Source: Chloroflexota bacterium (GTDB taxonomy: Bacteria; Chloroflexota; Limnocylindria; Limnocylindrales; CSP1-4). Taken from it: DNA of 64,000 bases. This document shows, in pieces, positions 63,668 to 64,000 of the stretch. Numbering within the stretch: position 1 is the first letter of the stretch; every line of letters starts with the position of its first letter. The stretch spans positions 6,154 to 70,153 of the forward strand of contig SCUO01000038.1 of assembly GCA_004297395.1 (NCBI GenBank), in the 5' to 3' direction. Made by a program: the position numbers and the translations under genes. The notes below the pieces were generated by a model that was not told where the DNA came from, did not search any database, and saw nothing but the letters and a program-made list of their open reading frames with translations.

Positions 63668-64000
63668 ATGCCCGTCCTCGATCGCCAGCCCGTCGCCGAG
63701 GGCCCTGCCGGTGCCGCCGGACGCGCCGCCGGGGCCGTCGGGAGCGCCCCGGGCCGCCCCACGGCTCGCGCGGCACCGCCTCGCGCTGTACCCGAGACCG
63801 CGCCCACGCCGCTGCAGCGGCACTACATCAACCTGTCCGCGATCGCCCTCGTCGCGGGCGCGATCGCGATCACCGCGCTCGAGACCGGCTCGACCCTCCG
63901 GAGCCCGCTGGTGAAGGCGTGCATCCTCGTCGCCGCCCCCATCCTCATCGTCACGACCGCCGATGCCTCCCTCCGAATCTGGCGCTCGGCGTGGGCCTGG
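63668..64000 (+). CDS. Partial CDS (3' end outside window): membrane protein, N-terminal Ala/Pro/Gly-rich region then TM helices
   Basis: ATG 63668 opens a frame with no stop to the window end, so it is absent from the ORF track. It encodes ...RHYINLSAIALVAGAIAITALE...VKACILVAAPILIVTTA. Confidence 0.4.
   Translation, partial: MPVLDRQPVAEGPAGAAGRAAGAVGSAPGRPTARAAPPRAVPETAPTPLQRHYINLSAIALVAGAIAITALETGSTLRSPLVKACILVAAPILIVTTADASLRIWRSAWAW

Overview
This is a very GC-rich bacterial chromosomal segment; third codon positions are almost all G/C by eye. Gene content looks Actinomycetota-like: the CysO/Mec/MoeZ cysteine pathway, a DUF385 deazaflavin-type protein, DinB proteins, GGAGG ribosome-binding sites, and many ATGA/GTGA/TGATG start-stop overlaps. 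I support about 66 protein-coding genes. I recognised no rRNA, tRNA, CRISPR array, transposase or integrase. Layout by coordinate: (1) 0.2-9.8 kb holds pabB-pabC, three GNAT genes, small membrane and hypothetical genes, an orphan DUF433, a DUF59 protein, a PduO-type B12 adenosyltransferase and BI-1. (2) 9.7-14 kb is one 1419-aa HTH-GAFx4-GGDEFx2-EAL protein. (3) 14.1-19 kb is a 5-gene ABC importer plus HAD hydrolase operon. (4) 19.4-30.5 kb holds an OpuA-type betaine importer, an aldehyde dehydrogenase, an ETF-linked dimethylglycine-dehydrogenase-like enzyme, etfBA and an S51 peptidase. (5) 31.3-32.4 kb is a VapBC pair. (6) 32.4-42.1 kb holds IclR and MFS genes divergent from a 7-gene corrinoid methyltransferase operon: corrinoid protein, DUF1638, a small 'virulence-factor'-family protein, a methyl-THF methyltransferase, a 2Fe-2S/ASKHA activator, a non-Pyl MttB and MetF. 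(7) 42-47 kb holds two DinB genes, DUF385, DUF885 and an M20 amidohydrolase. (8) 47.1-53.9 kb is a split SUF cluster, rrf2-sufC-sufS ... sufU, interrupted by about 3.4 kb of opposite-strand genes (vapBC, a PxKF secreted protein, a hydrolase). (9) 54-57.1 kb is moeZ-cysO-cysM-mec. (10) 57.2-64 kb holds a tandem USP, an amber-interrupted KamB/NpmA-like 16S rRNA methyltransferase, a GrpB-PurK-like fusion with purE, an HtrA-like protease, HxlR and membrane proteins. The most interesting observations are: the corrinoid/MttB operon with two function-unknown accessory genes next to betaine uptake and DMG oxidation genes; a shared 25-bp palindrome in front of both halves of the split SUF cluster; the amber-interrupted Kam-family gene; and a GrpB fusion to a PurK-like domain that appears to lack ATP-grasp catalytic motifs. 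All calls rest on manual reading of the ORF translations and of the DNA. No database search was run.
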